A DNA stretch of 64,000 bases from an uncultured virus (IMG/VR IMGVR_UViG_3300025098_000001) (Duplodnaviria; Heunggongvirae; Uroviricota; Caudoviricetes), in the IMG/VR virus record IMGVR_UViG_3300025098_000001; one strand, given 5' to 3'. The position numbers and the translations under genes are program-made. This document shows positions 49,272 through 57,563 of the stretch, one piece after another (the first letter of the stretch is position 1; each line of letters starts with the position of its first letter). Below the pieces are notes generated by a model that saw nothing but the letters and a program-made list of their open reading frames with translations, had not been told where the DNA came from and did no database searches.

Positions 49272-49958
49272 TTACCATCCCTCTAATAATTCTTCAGGTA
49301 TGTATTCCTTTAACCATTCGTTTAAAATATTCAATGGTATTTCGCCATCATTATTATTATTTAAAACGGGCCAGTCTATTTCATCAAGACCTAATACATG
49401 TTCCCATATTCTTTCTAAAAGTGTGTCCTTGTATGAGTGTTCATTTATATCATAAATATGTGTATCGTTGTGCATTTTAGTTTCCGGCATGTGTCTTTCT
49501 ACATATGCTGGAAGAGTAAGAATTGTAGGTAATTGGTTATTTTTACTTGCGAGAAGAAGTGTAACCATAAAATCCCCATTTGTCATCACCCTATTAGCCT
49601 TTACGCAAAAACTCATTTGAGTTGAGTCCATTACCGGGAAAGTATCTTCAGCCCTTTCACCAATACCTTTTACAGTCAACCCAGCCGGTAAAACCGGCAT
49701 TTTAAATGTAAAAGGCACTCCATATATATCGAATTTAAAAACAAAATCTAAACCATCTCTCTCAATTTCATCAAAGGGTTTCATAAATTCTAAAGTTCTT
49801 TTATAAACAAGGGGTTTAGTGCTGTAATACATAGATGAAAGAAACATGTCTTCTTCTTCTTTAGTTATTTCTCTTATTGGTGTAAATTCTCGAAATGAAA
49901 TTAGTAACTCTTGGGCCAAATCATGGTCTTTATTCTTTAATATATCTCGCCAACCCAT
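49272..49958 (-). CDS. Hypothetical protein with WxxILK leader (paralog of 48605-49270)
   Basis: MGWRDILK; RTLEFMKP, CVKA..MTNGDF, ends ELLEGW. Confidence 0.8.
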   Translation of the reverse strand: MGWRDILKNKDHDLAQELLISFREFTPIREITKEEEDMFLSSMYYSTKPLVYKRTLEFMKPFDEIERDGLDFVFKFDIYGVPFTFKMPVLPAGLTVKGIGERAEDTFPVMDSTQMSFCVKANRVMTNGDFMVTLLLASKNNQLPTILTLPAYVERHMPETKMHNDTHIYDINEHSYKDTLLERIWEHVLGLDEIDWPVLNNNNDGEIPLNILNEWLKEYIPEELLEGW

Positions 49959-50125
49959 TATTACACCGCCTTATTGAAAAATTGGCCGGTAATTTTTTTG
50001 GGACTAGCGAAAAAATTTTTTTCTTTTTTAATCCATTCCCAGCGAAAGTTTATTCCCGACATTATTTATTTCTCCTTTGTTTTCTTTGATAGTTTGGTTT
50101 ATTTGGCCTTAACTTTTCTGTTTTT

Positions 50126-50494
50126 TTACTGGGGTCCCCTTTCTTTCGCCGTATCTTTTTGTTTATTTGAGTCTTTTTTGTCAAGTGTATTCCCCTTTTG
50201 GCGAATTACGAGACTTTCCAAAGGTAAATCTTGTAATGCACTCCAACTATTAATGTCTAATTCGCAATGTCTATATAAAGTTTTACAGTTTTGCCGAGTT
50301 TTGCGTATCTCCGCAAGTATTAAGCCCAATTCTTCTTGATTTTTTGCTGGAGGGGGGTATGAATTGCGCCAAAGTGTGTCAAAATGGTCCCAGAGCCATA
50401 AAATTTTATCTATTTCTTCCATCATGGCCCACATTGAGGGCAAATATAAGGTATTTCTATGTTGGCGCATGGCCGGTTTCATAAAATCTCGCAT
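50126..50494 (-). CDS. Hypothetical protein, first gene of the late block
   Basis: 122 aa; TATTAAATA box about 25 nt upstream (leaderless-type spacing). Confidence 0.55.
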   Translation of the reverse strand: MRDFMKPAMRQHRNTLYLPSMWAMMEEIDKILWLWDHFDTLWRNSYPPPAKNQEELGLILAEIRKTRQNCKTLYRHCELDINSWSALQDLPLESLVIRQKGNTLDKKDSNKQKDTAKERGPQ

Positions 50495-50554
50495 GATTAT
50501 TATGAAGGGCTTTGCGTATTTAATATTTTTTAATTAAAAAAATTCCCAAAGTGA

Positions 50555-50590
50555 ACCATATGGTAAGGTAAATTTGTGGACTACCTTATG
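50555..50590 (+). promoter_or_regulatory. 36-bp promoter-like element (palindrome-AATTTG-ACCTTAT)
   Basis: ACCATATGGTAAGG-TA-AATTTG-TGGA-CTACCTTATG, upstream of ORF 50631. Confidence 0.7.
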
Positions 50591-50630
50591 AGATAAAAAG
50601 TATTGATAATAACATGAAAGGTGATTACTA

Positions 50631-50852
50631 ATGTATTCTATGATAGGCAATAATGCACACGGCCAACCCAGTAAGGTGTATGGAATGGTTTGGTATTCTC
50701 AAGAGGATTATTGGGCTTTGCTTTTTACTGAACATTCAAGGGGTAGCGAAAAAATATGGATTTCTCAAGATTGGATTATTGATGGAGTTGCATGGCATCC
50801 TGCAATTGATATTTTTGATTGGGTAATTGATGTGGGGGATAGCATTGTTTGA
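50631..50852 (+). CDS. Small Trp-rich hypothetical protein
   Basis: GGTGA SD; flanked by the promoter element and a UUCG hairpin. Confidence 0.65.
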   Translation: MYSMIGNNAHGQPSKVYGMVWYSQEDYWALLFTEHSRGSEKIWISQDWIIDGVAWHPAIDIFDWVIDVGDSIV

Positions 50853-50869
50853 TGATGAATGAAAAAAAC

Positions 50870-50899
50870 GAGAAGGGGGGCTTCGGCCCTCTTTCTTTT
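50870..50899 (+). terminator. Hairpin with cUUCGg loop plus T-tract
   Basis: GAGAAGGGGGGC-TTCG-GCCCTCTTTC-TTTT after ORF 50631-50852. Confidence 0.6.
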
Positions 50900-51786
50900 G
50901 GTTGGGGTCGCCCAACAAATTATATACTTACCATATGGTTCGTAGATAATGAAAGTATAGGGTTGGTATGTGGGTGGGAAGATAGTTTCACTTACTAACG
51001 AAAACGAAAAGTGTCCTTTTCTTATTTGAGGATATATACTCCTCAGTCGTGACAGTATTATCTTGTGAATACTCCTTCCTCATTATTACCATATGGTTCT
51101 ACATAGTAGAAATTAGGTTAAAGAATTTTAACACAGATAGAGACGAACATAGGGTGTGCTTGTGGGCGGGAGAAAGGAACGGTTGTGTTAAAGTTCTTTA
51201 AGATTGTCCTTATATATAGGTGAGGTGTGCATTTTTGGCTATACACTTACATGTCACGCCAAGCACAACCATATGGTTCAAAATTTTGGAAACAAAAAGT
51301 TTCAGGCAAAGCGTAACTTGTTTAAGGGTGGCTTGAGGGTGGAGAAAAAAACAAGTCTGAAAATTTGCAGGTTCCAAAACAACGAAGTGTTTTTAATCTT
51401 AGGCTCGATACCTTACCATATGGTAATGAATAATTTGTAGTCAAGCCTTATCATAAAAAAAGAAAAAAAGATAGCAGGAAAATACCTAAGACCGACCTTT
51501 CACAGCCGCCATCTTATGTTCTGTTAAAAACCTCGAATAAACGAGGCACAAAAACGAAAACAAGCCCAAATGCTTTTAGTATTTTTATCGAACAAACCTG
51601 CATATCTCTTTTTAGGGAGTAGGAAAGGGCCTTGCACCCTATCGGTAATTAATTTTCGGCTAAGAGACATTACTACTCTTGTTTATATTTTGACATTTAA
51701 ATCACCAAGATTAAGGTTGACACGGGCGTAGATAACTTACCATCCTTATCATACCCAACCCTTTGCCACCCTCCACCGCTAAGGAA

Positions 51787-51951
51787 TTATTCTTCGCTTG
51801 CTTCCTTTGTCTGCTTATCCATCTCGCTGACAACCTTCAAGGCCATATCAACCCTTCTCCAATCTTCCCAAAGAGCATCGGATAATGCTCTAAGTTCATC
51901 TAAATCCATTTTGATTAATTCGGCTACAATAAATTTTTCTGGGTATTTCAT
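51787..51951 (-). CDS. Small helical hypothetical protein (54 aa, not in track)
   Basis: MKYPEKFIVAELIKMDLDEL...EASEE*; ATGA overlap with the upstream ORF. Confidence 0.6.
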   Translation of the reverse strand: MKYPEKFIVAELIKMDLDELRALSDALWEDWRRVDMALKVVSEMDKQTKEASEE

Positions 51952-52130
51952 TCTTCTTCCTCCACTGGTGGTGCATAATGGGTTTGAATTAAACCTCCGG
52001 TTTTATTTTGAGATTTGAAACAAGCCGTATCGCAATAATACATCATGTGTTGGTTTGGGTCAAGTTCATTTTGACACCACTTACAATTAGTGTAAGGCTT
52101 CTCAACAAATCCATTCCCAACATGAATCAT
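51948..52130 (-). CDS. Small Zn-finger protein
   Basis: CKWC..YCDTAC; ATGA coupling at both ends. Confidence 0.65.
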   Translation of the reverse strand: MIHVGNGFVEKPYTNCKWCQNELDPNQHMMYYCDTACFKSQNKTGGLIQTHYAPPVEEEE

Positions 52131-52300
52131 GCGTTCATCTCCTGTAATTGCTGAGAGATTTGTTTAAGTGCAAGAATTAGTTCTGTTTCTAATTCTTCTT
52201 GACTATCTGCACTTACACGCAATTCATCAATAATGAACTTCTCATAGCGATTCTGTTTAACTTTGATTACAAACTTCGGTTCTCGTTTCTTCCAAAACAT
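52127..52300 (-). CDS. Small hypothetical protein (57 aa, not in track)
   Basis: MFWKKREPKFVIKV...LQEMNA*; ATG 24 nt downstream of the promoter element. Confidence 0.65.
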   Translation of the reverse strand: MFWKKREPKFVIKVKQNRYEKFIIDELRVSADSQEELETELILALKQISQQLQEMNA

Positions 52301-52323
52301 AGTTAATTAACTCTCCTATCCCA

Positions 52324-52359
52324 TATAAGGTATGCTACAAATTATCCTTACCATATGGT
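52324..52359 (-). promoter_or_regulatory. 36-bp promoter-like element
   Basis: ACCATATGGTAAGG-AT-AATTTG-TAGC-ATACCTTATA (minus strand). Confidence 0.7.
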
Positions 52360-52535
52360 ATCAAAGTAATTTGTATGATAGACCTTGCCTTAAAAAAGGT
52401 GGATTTTTGGGGAGAATCCATAACTCCGATTTGTTTTGCCCTGCATTGTTTACTCAACACAGCGAGTTCTTTTCTTTAACCCGTCAATTCCCCGAATAAT
52501 TAAAAATCATTCTTCGTCGTCTTCAAAGAAGGACT

Positions 52536-53186
52536 TCAAGCCGATTCCTCAGTTGAAGGTTCTTCGACCTTAACCTTTGAAGGGTCAAATGGTCGTTGAA
52601 GAGGTTGAGACAAGTCGAACTTTTTCTCATTGTCGGCATTTGTCCAAAGACCGTTGCGAATGTCTCCTTTAAGACCTGCAATCTTTGAAGTCAAACGAGC
52701 CTTAACGAATGCTTGAACATTTTCATAAGGTGCGCCGTTTGTAGCATTTGCATTTGAAGCCCGACTCATCTCAAGGTGAGATGCGTTGTTTTCTTCAAGA
52801 ACATTCCAATAAGCCGTAAAAGCCATGTTGTAAATTGCATCCGCTTGATTAAGAACGGCTTGTTGATATTGAGGCATTTGAGAACCGCCACCTTGACGCT
52901 TAGGCCAAAGAGACATTTTTCGACCACGGGAAAGAATATCTTTCTTGTAAATCTCTCGCATAGCAATTCGAGTTGCACCACGCTTCAAGAAGTTCTCAAT
53001 GTCTTCAAAGTCATCTTCAAAGTTATCGGCATTAAAAGCCTCGCCATTCCGCAACGATTCGTCGTTTTCTGCTTGAGATGTAAGTCGCATAACCTCATCT
53101 TTGTTGGCTACAAATGTTTTCACATCTGCGGTCCAAGCATTCCATTCATCATCACTCATCATTTTTTTGTCTGTTTTTTTTGACAT
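52536..53186 (-). CDS. Hypothetical early protein (216 aa)
   Basis: GGGGGT SD; has its own copy of the promoter element. Confidence 0.75.
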   Translation of the reverse strand: MSKKTDKKMMSDDEWNAWTADVKTFVANKDEVMRLTSQAENDESLRNGEAFNADNFEDDFEDIENFLKRGATRIAMREIYKKDILSRGRKMSLWPKRQGGGSQMPQYQQAVLNQADAIYNMAFTAYWNVLEENNASHLEMSRASNANATNGAPYENVQAFVKARLTSKIAGLKGDIRNGLWTNADNEKKFDLSQPLQRPFDPSKVKVEEPSTEESA

Positions 53187-53230
53187 AATACTTAACCCCC
53201 TTTGGGTATGTTAAACCATGGGCTAATGGA

Positions 53231-53266
53231 TATAAGGTGTTCAACAAATTCTCCTTACCATATGGT
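53231..53266 (-). promoter_or_regulatory. 36-bp promoter-like element
   Basis: ACCATATGGTAAGG-AG-AATTTG-TTGA-ACACCTTATA (minus strand). Confidence 0.7.
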
Positions 53267-53444
53267 TCCGATAGTGGTAAAATAGGGCGGTAAGAGGGTG
53301 GGCAATATTTTAGCGCCGGGAGTTTACTCCTTCGGAAAATGGAATGTCCACGCTTATTATAAGGATAAATCGGCTTATTTCATTGCGTCGTAGCAGTATT
53401 GTTCATTGAATACTGCTTACTCCTTTTCATTCGCTGTCATTATT

Positions 53445-53480
53445 ACCATATGGTAAGGTTGATTTGCTTACTACCTTATA
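53445..53480 (+). promoter_or_regulatory. 36-bp promoter-like element
   Basis: ACCATATGGTAAGG-TT-GATTTG-CTTA-CTACCTTATA, upstream of ORF 53529. Confidence 0.7.
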
Positions 53481-53528
53481 CCTATGTTGATATGGCATAT
53501 AATACCCGAAAGGGAAGGAGTGATATGA

Positions 53529-53879
53529 ATGCTTGACACCGATAAGATAGTAGCGAAGGCCAACAAATGGCTTGAAACAGCAGAAGACCCAATGGACATT
53601 GAAGATGTTCAAATGTATTTGGGGCGTATTGACAAAAGACCCGACTCACCAAGAGTCGAAACATGGTCCAAGGCAATACACCAAATTGTCAAGGGAACAC
53701 GCTTGACAATCACATTGACAGAAGAGCAAAATCAAGACATTCATGTTTTTGCCAACATGCTCAATGATGTTTTTACGGCTTTCCCGGATTTGACTATCCC
53801 TCGGACTCGGACTTTTGAAGCAATTGAAGAAAAAGTCAAGGAAGCCATGATTGCCAGCATTAAGGCGGGTTCTCAATGA
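53529..53879 (+). CDS. Hypothetical early protein (116 aa)
   Basis: GGAGTGA SD; lies between the promoter element and a UUCG hairpin. Confidence 0.7.
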   Translation: MLDTDKIVAKANKWLETAEDPMDIEDVQMYLGRIDKRPDSPRVETWSKAIHQIVKGTRLTITLTEEQNQDIHVFANMLNDVFTAFPDLTIPRTRTFEAIEEKVKEAMIASIKAGSQ

Positions 53880-53948
53880 ACTTCAATGATGATGACGAAT
53901 GATTGAATCAAAACCAGTCGTTTTCACCTGTTATTTAGCAGGAGTGCC

Positions 53949-53989
53949 GCTTCTCACCCTTCTTCGGAGGGGTGGGAAGCCCTTTTTTT
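53949..53989 (+). terminator. Hairpin with cUUCGg loop plus T7 tract
   Basis: GCTTCTCACCCTTC-TTCG-GAGGGGTGGGAAGC-CC-TTTTTTT. Confidence 0.7.
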
Positions 53990-54209
53990 AGGGTTTGCTA
54001 AGAAACAAATTAAAATGCCGCAACCATATGGTAGTTAAAACAGATAATCATTATTGATGAATAATAGTGGTGTTATGCGCTACACCTAGTGTAGAGTGCT
54101 ACACTTACTTTCATTCGCTGCAATCCTTGTCGCACCACCTTATAGCCATTTGACCCCCTCATTGACTATCTCAAGTCATTTGAACGCATTGAACCAATTA
54201 TTTCAAATG

Positions 54210-54585
54210 TTCACATGAGAAACCAAACCTAAAAAACACTTTGTATTATTTACCTTATTATGTTTTATTTAATTTATACTTTCTATTACAATCCGTTGGA
54301 CATTCTCATATGAGACACGCATGAGAAAACAGTTTGTCCTATATAATTGGATTATAGAAAACAAAGTGTTTCACATTCTCATATTCTCAATATTCTCATA
54401 TACTCTTAACTCTATTTTCTTATTCTTATTATTATATGTATCAGTATGTATTATGTATCTATATATGTGTAAGGCATAGTGAGTGAGAAACATGAGAAAG
54501 TGAGAATGTCATGCGAAATGTATGAGGTATGCGGATTATCTCCTACACTTTGACATTCTCATATGTCTCATGGTGAGAATGTCGG
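54210..54585. repeat. Iteron-like TGAGA/TCTCA repeat cluster with AT-rich tracts (candidate replication origin)
   Basis: Palindrome TCTCATATGAGA 54304-54315; GACATTCTCA/TGAGAATGTC inverted pair 54552-54583; AAACACTTTGT/ACAAAGTGTTT at 54234/54361; tandem ATTCTCA and TGAGAA copies. Confidence 0.6.
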
Positions 54586-54668
54586 TCAATATGACCTATA
54601 TCTTAGGCACTCGTATAGAAATCAAAGTTTCAGAAGGAAAAATCAAATTTTAAAAAAAGGTGACAATT

Positions 54669-55154
54669 ATGAACATATTTTATTTAGGAAACCCGCAGAC
54701 TTCTGCACAAGAATTATGCGACAAACATGTTGTAAAAATGATAACAGAATCGGCTCAAATGTTATGCGCCGCTTATTGGTGTAAGGCAGACACTTTGGAA
54801 AAAATCGAAAAAAACACATCTTACCATTTATTCAAGCCAGCACACATCAATCACCCCTCGACCATATGGACAAGGGAAACGAATGAGCAATATCTATGGC
54901 ATTATGAACTATATGTTGAGATGTGCAAAGAATATACTCGCCGTTATGGAAAAATACACGGCAGTTCAAAATTCATCGGTGTGATAAATAATCCACCCGA
55001 AGATTTAGGCACAGGTTGGAGAGAACCTCCACAGTGTATGCCCGAACAATACAAATGCGAAGATACAATACAAGCGTATCGCAACTACTACATTGCAGAA
55101 AAGAAACATTTTGCAAAGTATAAATTAGGAGGAAGACCAGAATGGCTAAAATAA
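54669..55154 (+). CDS. Pyrimidine-dimer DNA glycosylase / T4 endonuclease V-like protein
   Basis: MNIFYL..DKHVVKMITESAQML, HINHPSTIW, EYTRRYGKIH, PPQCMP..YRNYY family motifs; GGTGA SD. Confidence 0.85.
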   Translation: MNIFYLGNPQTSAQELCDKHVVKMITESAQMLCAAYWCKADTLEKIEKNTSYHLFKPAHINHPSTIWTRETNEQYLWHYELYVEMCKEYTRRYGKIHGSSKFIGVINNPPEDLGTGWREPPQCMPEQYKCEDTIQAYRNYYIAEKKHFAKYKLGGRPEWLK

Positions 55155-55294
55155 AAAATGTGAATTGTAAAAATAATTGTGATGTTGGATGGAAGGTTGC
55201 TTTCATACGATACGAAAGAGTTCGAAATGTTTGGTCCTTTAGATGTCCCAAATGTGGAGAGCATTTTAAAATTGCGGCAGGTGCTGAAAAATGA
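55142..55294 (+). CDS. Zn-ribbon microprotein (50 aa, not in track)
   Basis: MAKIKNVNCKNNC...CPKCG; GGAGG SD; ATGA overlap downstream. Confidence 0.55.
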   Translation: MAKIKNVNCKNNCDVGWKVAFIRYERVRNVWSFRCPKCGEHFKIAAGAEK

Positions 55295-55569
55295 TTATCA
55301 AAACATACGAAGTGACTTCAAATGTAGCACCTACTCAAATTGAGGGAACGCTGGAAGACGGTAGAGATTTTTACCTTCGATACAGGAACTGTATGTATTA
55401 TGCTGAGATTCAGAATGGGTCCATTAAGAATATTTTTTTTAGTGAAAGGCAAGGAGATTATGAGGCAGAAGTTCACATGAAGGTGAGCGAAATGTTCGAG
55501 ATTGCTGGGTTTAAATTGCCCGGATATGACAAATTTTTATTGGAAAAAATAGAAGAAGAGGAGGAATAA
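55291..55569 (+). CDS. Hypothetical protein
   Basis: PTQIEGTLEDGRDFYLRYR; GGTG SD. Confidence 0.65.
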   Translation: MIIKTYEVTSNVAPTQIEGTLEDGRDFYLRYRNCMYYAEIQNGSIKNIFFSERQGDYEAEVHMKVSEMFEIAGFKLPGYDKFLLEKIEEEEE

Positions 55570-55571
55570 TT

Positions 55572-55700
55572 ATGAAAAGAATAATAAAATGTGATTGTGA
55601 ACAACAGACATGGTATGATGACAAGTCGACCGTTGCGATGGTAGATGCTTGGCGAACCTTACAAATAAAATGTAAATGTGGTGAAAGCAATGTTGATTGA
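55572..55700 (+). CDS. Cys microprotein (42 aa, not in track)
   Basis: GAGGAGG SD; CDC...CKC. Confidence 0.5.
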   Translation: MKRIIKCDCEQQTWYDDKSTVAMVDAWRTLQIKCKCGESNVD

Positions 55701-55941
55701 AGAAGAAATGGAAGATTATCTAAGAGACCTTTTGGAAAATAAAATGTCCATGCAAGATGCAATGAAGATTGCACTTATGCTTGATGTTGAAATGGATGAA
55801 GCATATGATATAGCAGTAAAGGCGTTAATTAACGCAGTTGTCGATAAGACAAATGATTTGACAGTAGAAGAGATTAAAACAGCACATGAAATGGCTAAGA
55901 AAGTAGATATTACTTGGTGGGGGAATAGACTTGAAGTGTAG
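55690..55941 (+). CDS. Small acidic helical protein
   Basis: GGTGA SD, ATG 55690. Confidence 0.6.
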   Translation: MLIEEEMEDYLRDLLENKMSMQDAMKIALMLDVEMDEAYDIAVKALINAVVDKTNDLTVEEIKTAHEMAKKVDITWWGNRLEV

Positions 55942-55948
55942 GCTACCC

Positions 55949-56098
55949 ATGAAGCACCGACCTAAAATGGAAGGAGTTATTTCATGCAAACAATGTGAAC
56001 GCATGAGATGTAAAATGTGCGGAGGCGGTGGAATGTTTATTCACATGGCTTGCCCGCACTGTAAAGGACTCGGAATAAGGAGTGATGATAATGAGTAG
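55949..56098 (+). CDS. DnaJ-type Zn-finger microprotein (49 aa, not in track)
   Basis: CKMCGGGG...CPHCKGLG. Confidence 0.5.
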   Translation: MKHRPKMEGVISCKQCERMRCKMCGGGGMFIHMACPHCKGLGIRSDDNE

Positions 56099-56522
56099 AA
56101 AAAGAATAACAGTAGAAATAGATGGTAGAACAATTGAAGAACAGGACCTTTGGGACTTAGTAGTAACAGCCTTTGAAGGTGGTAGTAATTATTGGATAGG
56201 TAGTGTTGGTGTCGAAGATAAGGTAAGAACGCTTCACAGTCTTTTTGCCAGCGAATTTTCGGACACGACAACAGGTTGGAGATGGTATCATCAAGTTCCT
56301 TTTGTATTGGCCGGAACTTCAGGTTACAAAGGACATGAATTAGTAATGGACACTCCATCTGGCAAGACCCACCTTACTATTAATAAAATGTTTGAGGGTT
56401 TAGAAAAAATGCACGAAAAAAGTCCAAGACATTACAATGATTTTATTGATGAAAACTGGGATGCAATTACAGCAGATGTTTTCCTACAGTATACTTTATT
56501 TGGTGAGGTGATTTACGGGTGA
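56091..56522 (+). CDS. Hypothetical viral protein
   Basis: AFEGGSNYW and DAITADVFLQY.LFGEVIYG; GGAGTGA SD. Confidence 0.7.
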   Translation: MSRKRITVEIDGRTIEEQDLWDLVVTAFEGGSNYWIGSVGVEDKVRTLHSLFASEFSDTTTGWRWYHQVPFVLAGTSGYKGHELVMDTPSGKTHLTINKMFEGLEKMHEKSPRHYNDFIDENWDAITADVFLQYTLFGEVIYG

Positions 56523-56651
56523 TTTTTACAATAATTGGAGTGACAATATACACACTTTTTGTGATGTTTCTGTCTGAAATATTTTACAAAAATTTGAAGA
56601 ACTTTGAATTCCCTGAAAATCAGGAAGTCACTGTCCACTGGAGTGAGGAAG

Positions 56652-56885
56652 ATGAATAATCTACCCAAATGTCACATATGTGATAGTTTTGCGGAAGTCG
56701 TTCTTACCGAAGGTAGACTTAATATACTTGAAGTTCACTCATTGAAAGGTAAGGTTATCTACGATTGGACCGGTGGAGGAAGCCTTGCTACACACTTTTG
56801 CAAGTCTTGTTTTTCAGGCTTGGCAAAACAAATACACCGTGAAGGCTACTATGCCGACCACACATTAAGGAGAGATGAAGAATGA
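56652..56885 (+). CDS. Zn-finger protein
   Basis: CHIC...CKSC; GAGG SD. Confidence 0.6.
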   Translation: MNNLPKCHICDSFAEVVLTEGRLNILEVHSLKGKVIYDWTGGGSLATHFCKSCFSGLAKQIHREGYYADHTLRRDEE

Positions 56886-57013
56886 AATATGCAATTAAAA
56901 CAAACTGTGAAATTTGTGGTGGGTCTTTATTACACCCAGATGAAATTAAACTCGGCTTTCACGAAAAGTGTGCAGAACAACAGTCGAAAAGAGTTCACTC
57001 AATGAGGGGATAA
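56882..57013 (+). CDS. Zn-finger microprotein (43 aa, not in track)
   Basis: CEICG...HEKC; ATGA overlap. Confidence 0.55.
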   Translation: MKYAIKTNCEICGGSLLHPDEIKLGFHEKCAEQQSKRVHSMRG

Positions 57014-57014
57014 A

Positions 57015-57269
57015 ATGGCACAGGTTCGTATGAGACAATGGGCGAGAAAATACCTTGAGGAAAATGGTCCTGCGACCACTCAAGAAATTCTCGAACATAT
57101 TGAAAAAAAGTCATCGGCAAATGCTGGTGCAAAATCAGCAAGAAGTTTAGGAATGGTCTTGAAAGCAGACCCTAAAATTCGCAAAGTTGATAAGGTTACA
57201 CTCACAGGAGAAACTGGAGTCAAATACTCCGTTAACCTATGGGAAATAAGGAGAGATAATAATGAATGA
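57015..57269 (+). CDS. Winged HTH DNA-binding protein
   Basis: YLEENGPATTQEILEHI..SLGMVL..wing ending LWEI. Confidence 0.65.
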   Translation: MAQVRMRQWARKYLEENGPATTQEILEHIEKKSSANAGAKSARSLGMVLKADPKIRKVDKVTLTGETGVKYSVNLWEIRRDNNE

Positions 57270-57561
57270 AGAAGGATATATGAAGCAACTTGAAGGACTA
57301 ATGAACATGGGCCTAATAGGACAAGAAGAAATTGAAAAGATGTTGAAGAAAGCAACGGGTGGTCTTTGGCTCGATGAAGAACAACAGGCGCAATTGGAAA
57401 CGGCTATGACTACCTACATGGGGATGATTGATTCACTCCATGCAATCGGTATCATTTCCGATGCAAGAATAGAAAGCACAAAGAGAAAAACTCGTAAGGC
57501 TGTCAGCGAGAAGATAAAAGACGGCGCAACGGTAACAGAAAAAGGAACATTGGAGGAATAA
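57262..57561 (+). CDS. Hypothetical protein
   Basis: 99-aa ORF in tight operon packing. Confidence 0.65.
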   Translation: MNEEGYMKQLEGLMNMGLIGQEEIEKMLKKATGGLWLDEEQQAQLETAMTTYMGMIDSLHAIGIISDARIESTKRKTRKAVSEKIKDGATVTEKGTLEE

Positions 57562-57563
57562 AT

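Larger units (their letters stand above)
50555..54032. repeat. Nine dispersed copies of palindrome ACCATATGGT
   Basis: Starts at 50555, 50930, 51088, 51268, 51415, 52350, 53257, 53445, 54023; all lie outside the ORFs accepted as genes. Confidence 0.95.

Noticed and set aside
11571..49958. W-leader as a DNA-level repeat (promoter, attC-like site or DGR target) or as a secretion signal
   Set aside because: Synonymous codons vary while residues are kept; no dyad symmetry, integrase or reverse transcriptase; no hydrophobic h-region or twin-arginine motif
142..50339. Short plus-strand ORFs in the late block and minus-strand ORFs in the early block listed in the track
   Set aside because: Antisense shadows of long genes, with low-complexity S/F/I-rich translations and no SD sites
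51524..51696. SD-led 7-codon ORF (MSKYKQE) followed by a 48-codon ORF on the minus strand
   Set aside because: Too short and compositionally unconvincing; may be a decayed gene but cannot be supported
50555..54032. ACCATATGGT repeats as a CRISPR or mini-CRISPR array
   Set aside because: The core is only 10 bp, spacing is irregular (about 150-940 bp), extended copies point both ways with genes in between, and no cas genes are present
54861..54870. ACCATATGGA near-match to the palindrome
   Set aside because: One mismatch, inside the conserved STIW codons of the glycosylase, and no flanking boxes
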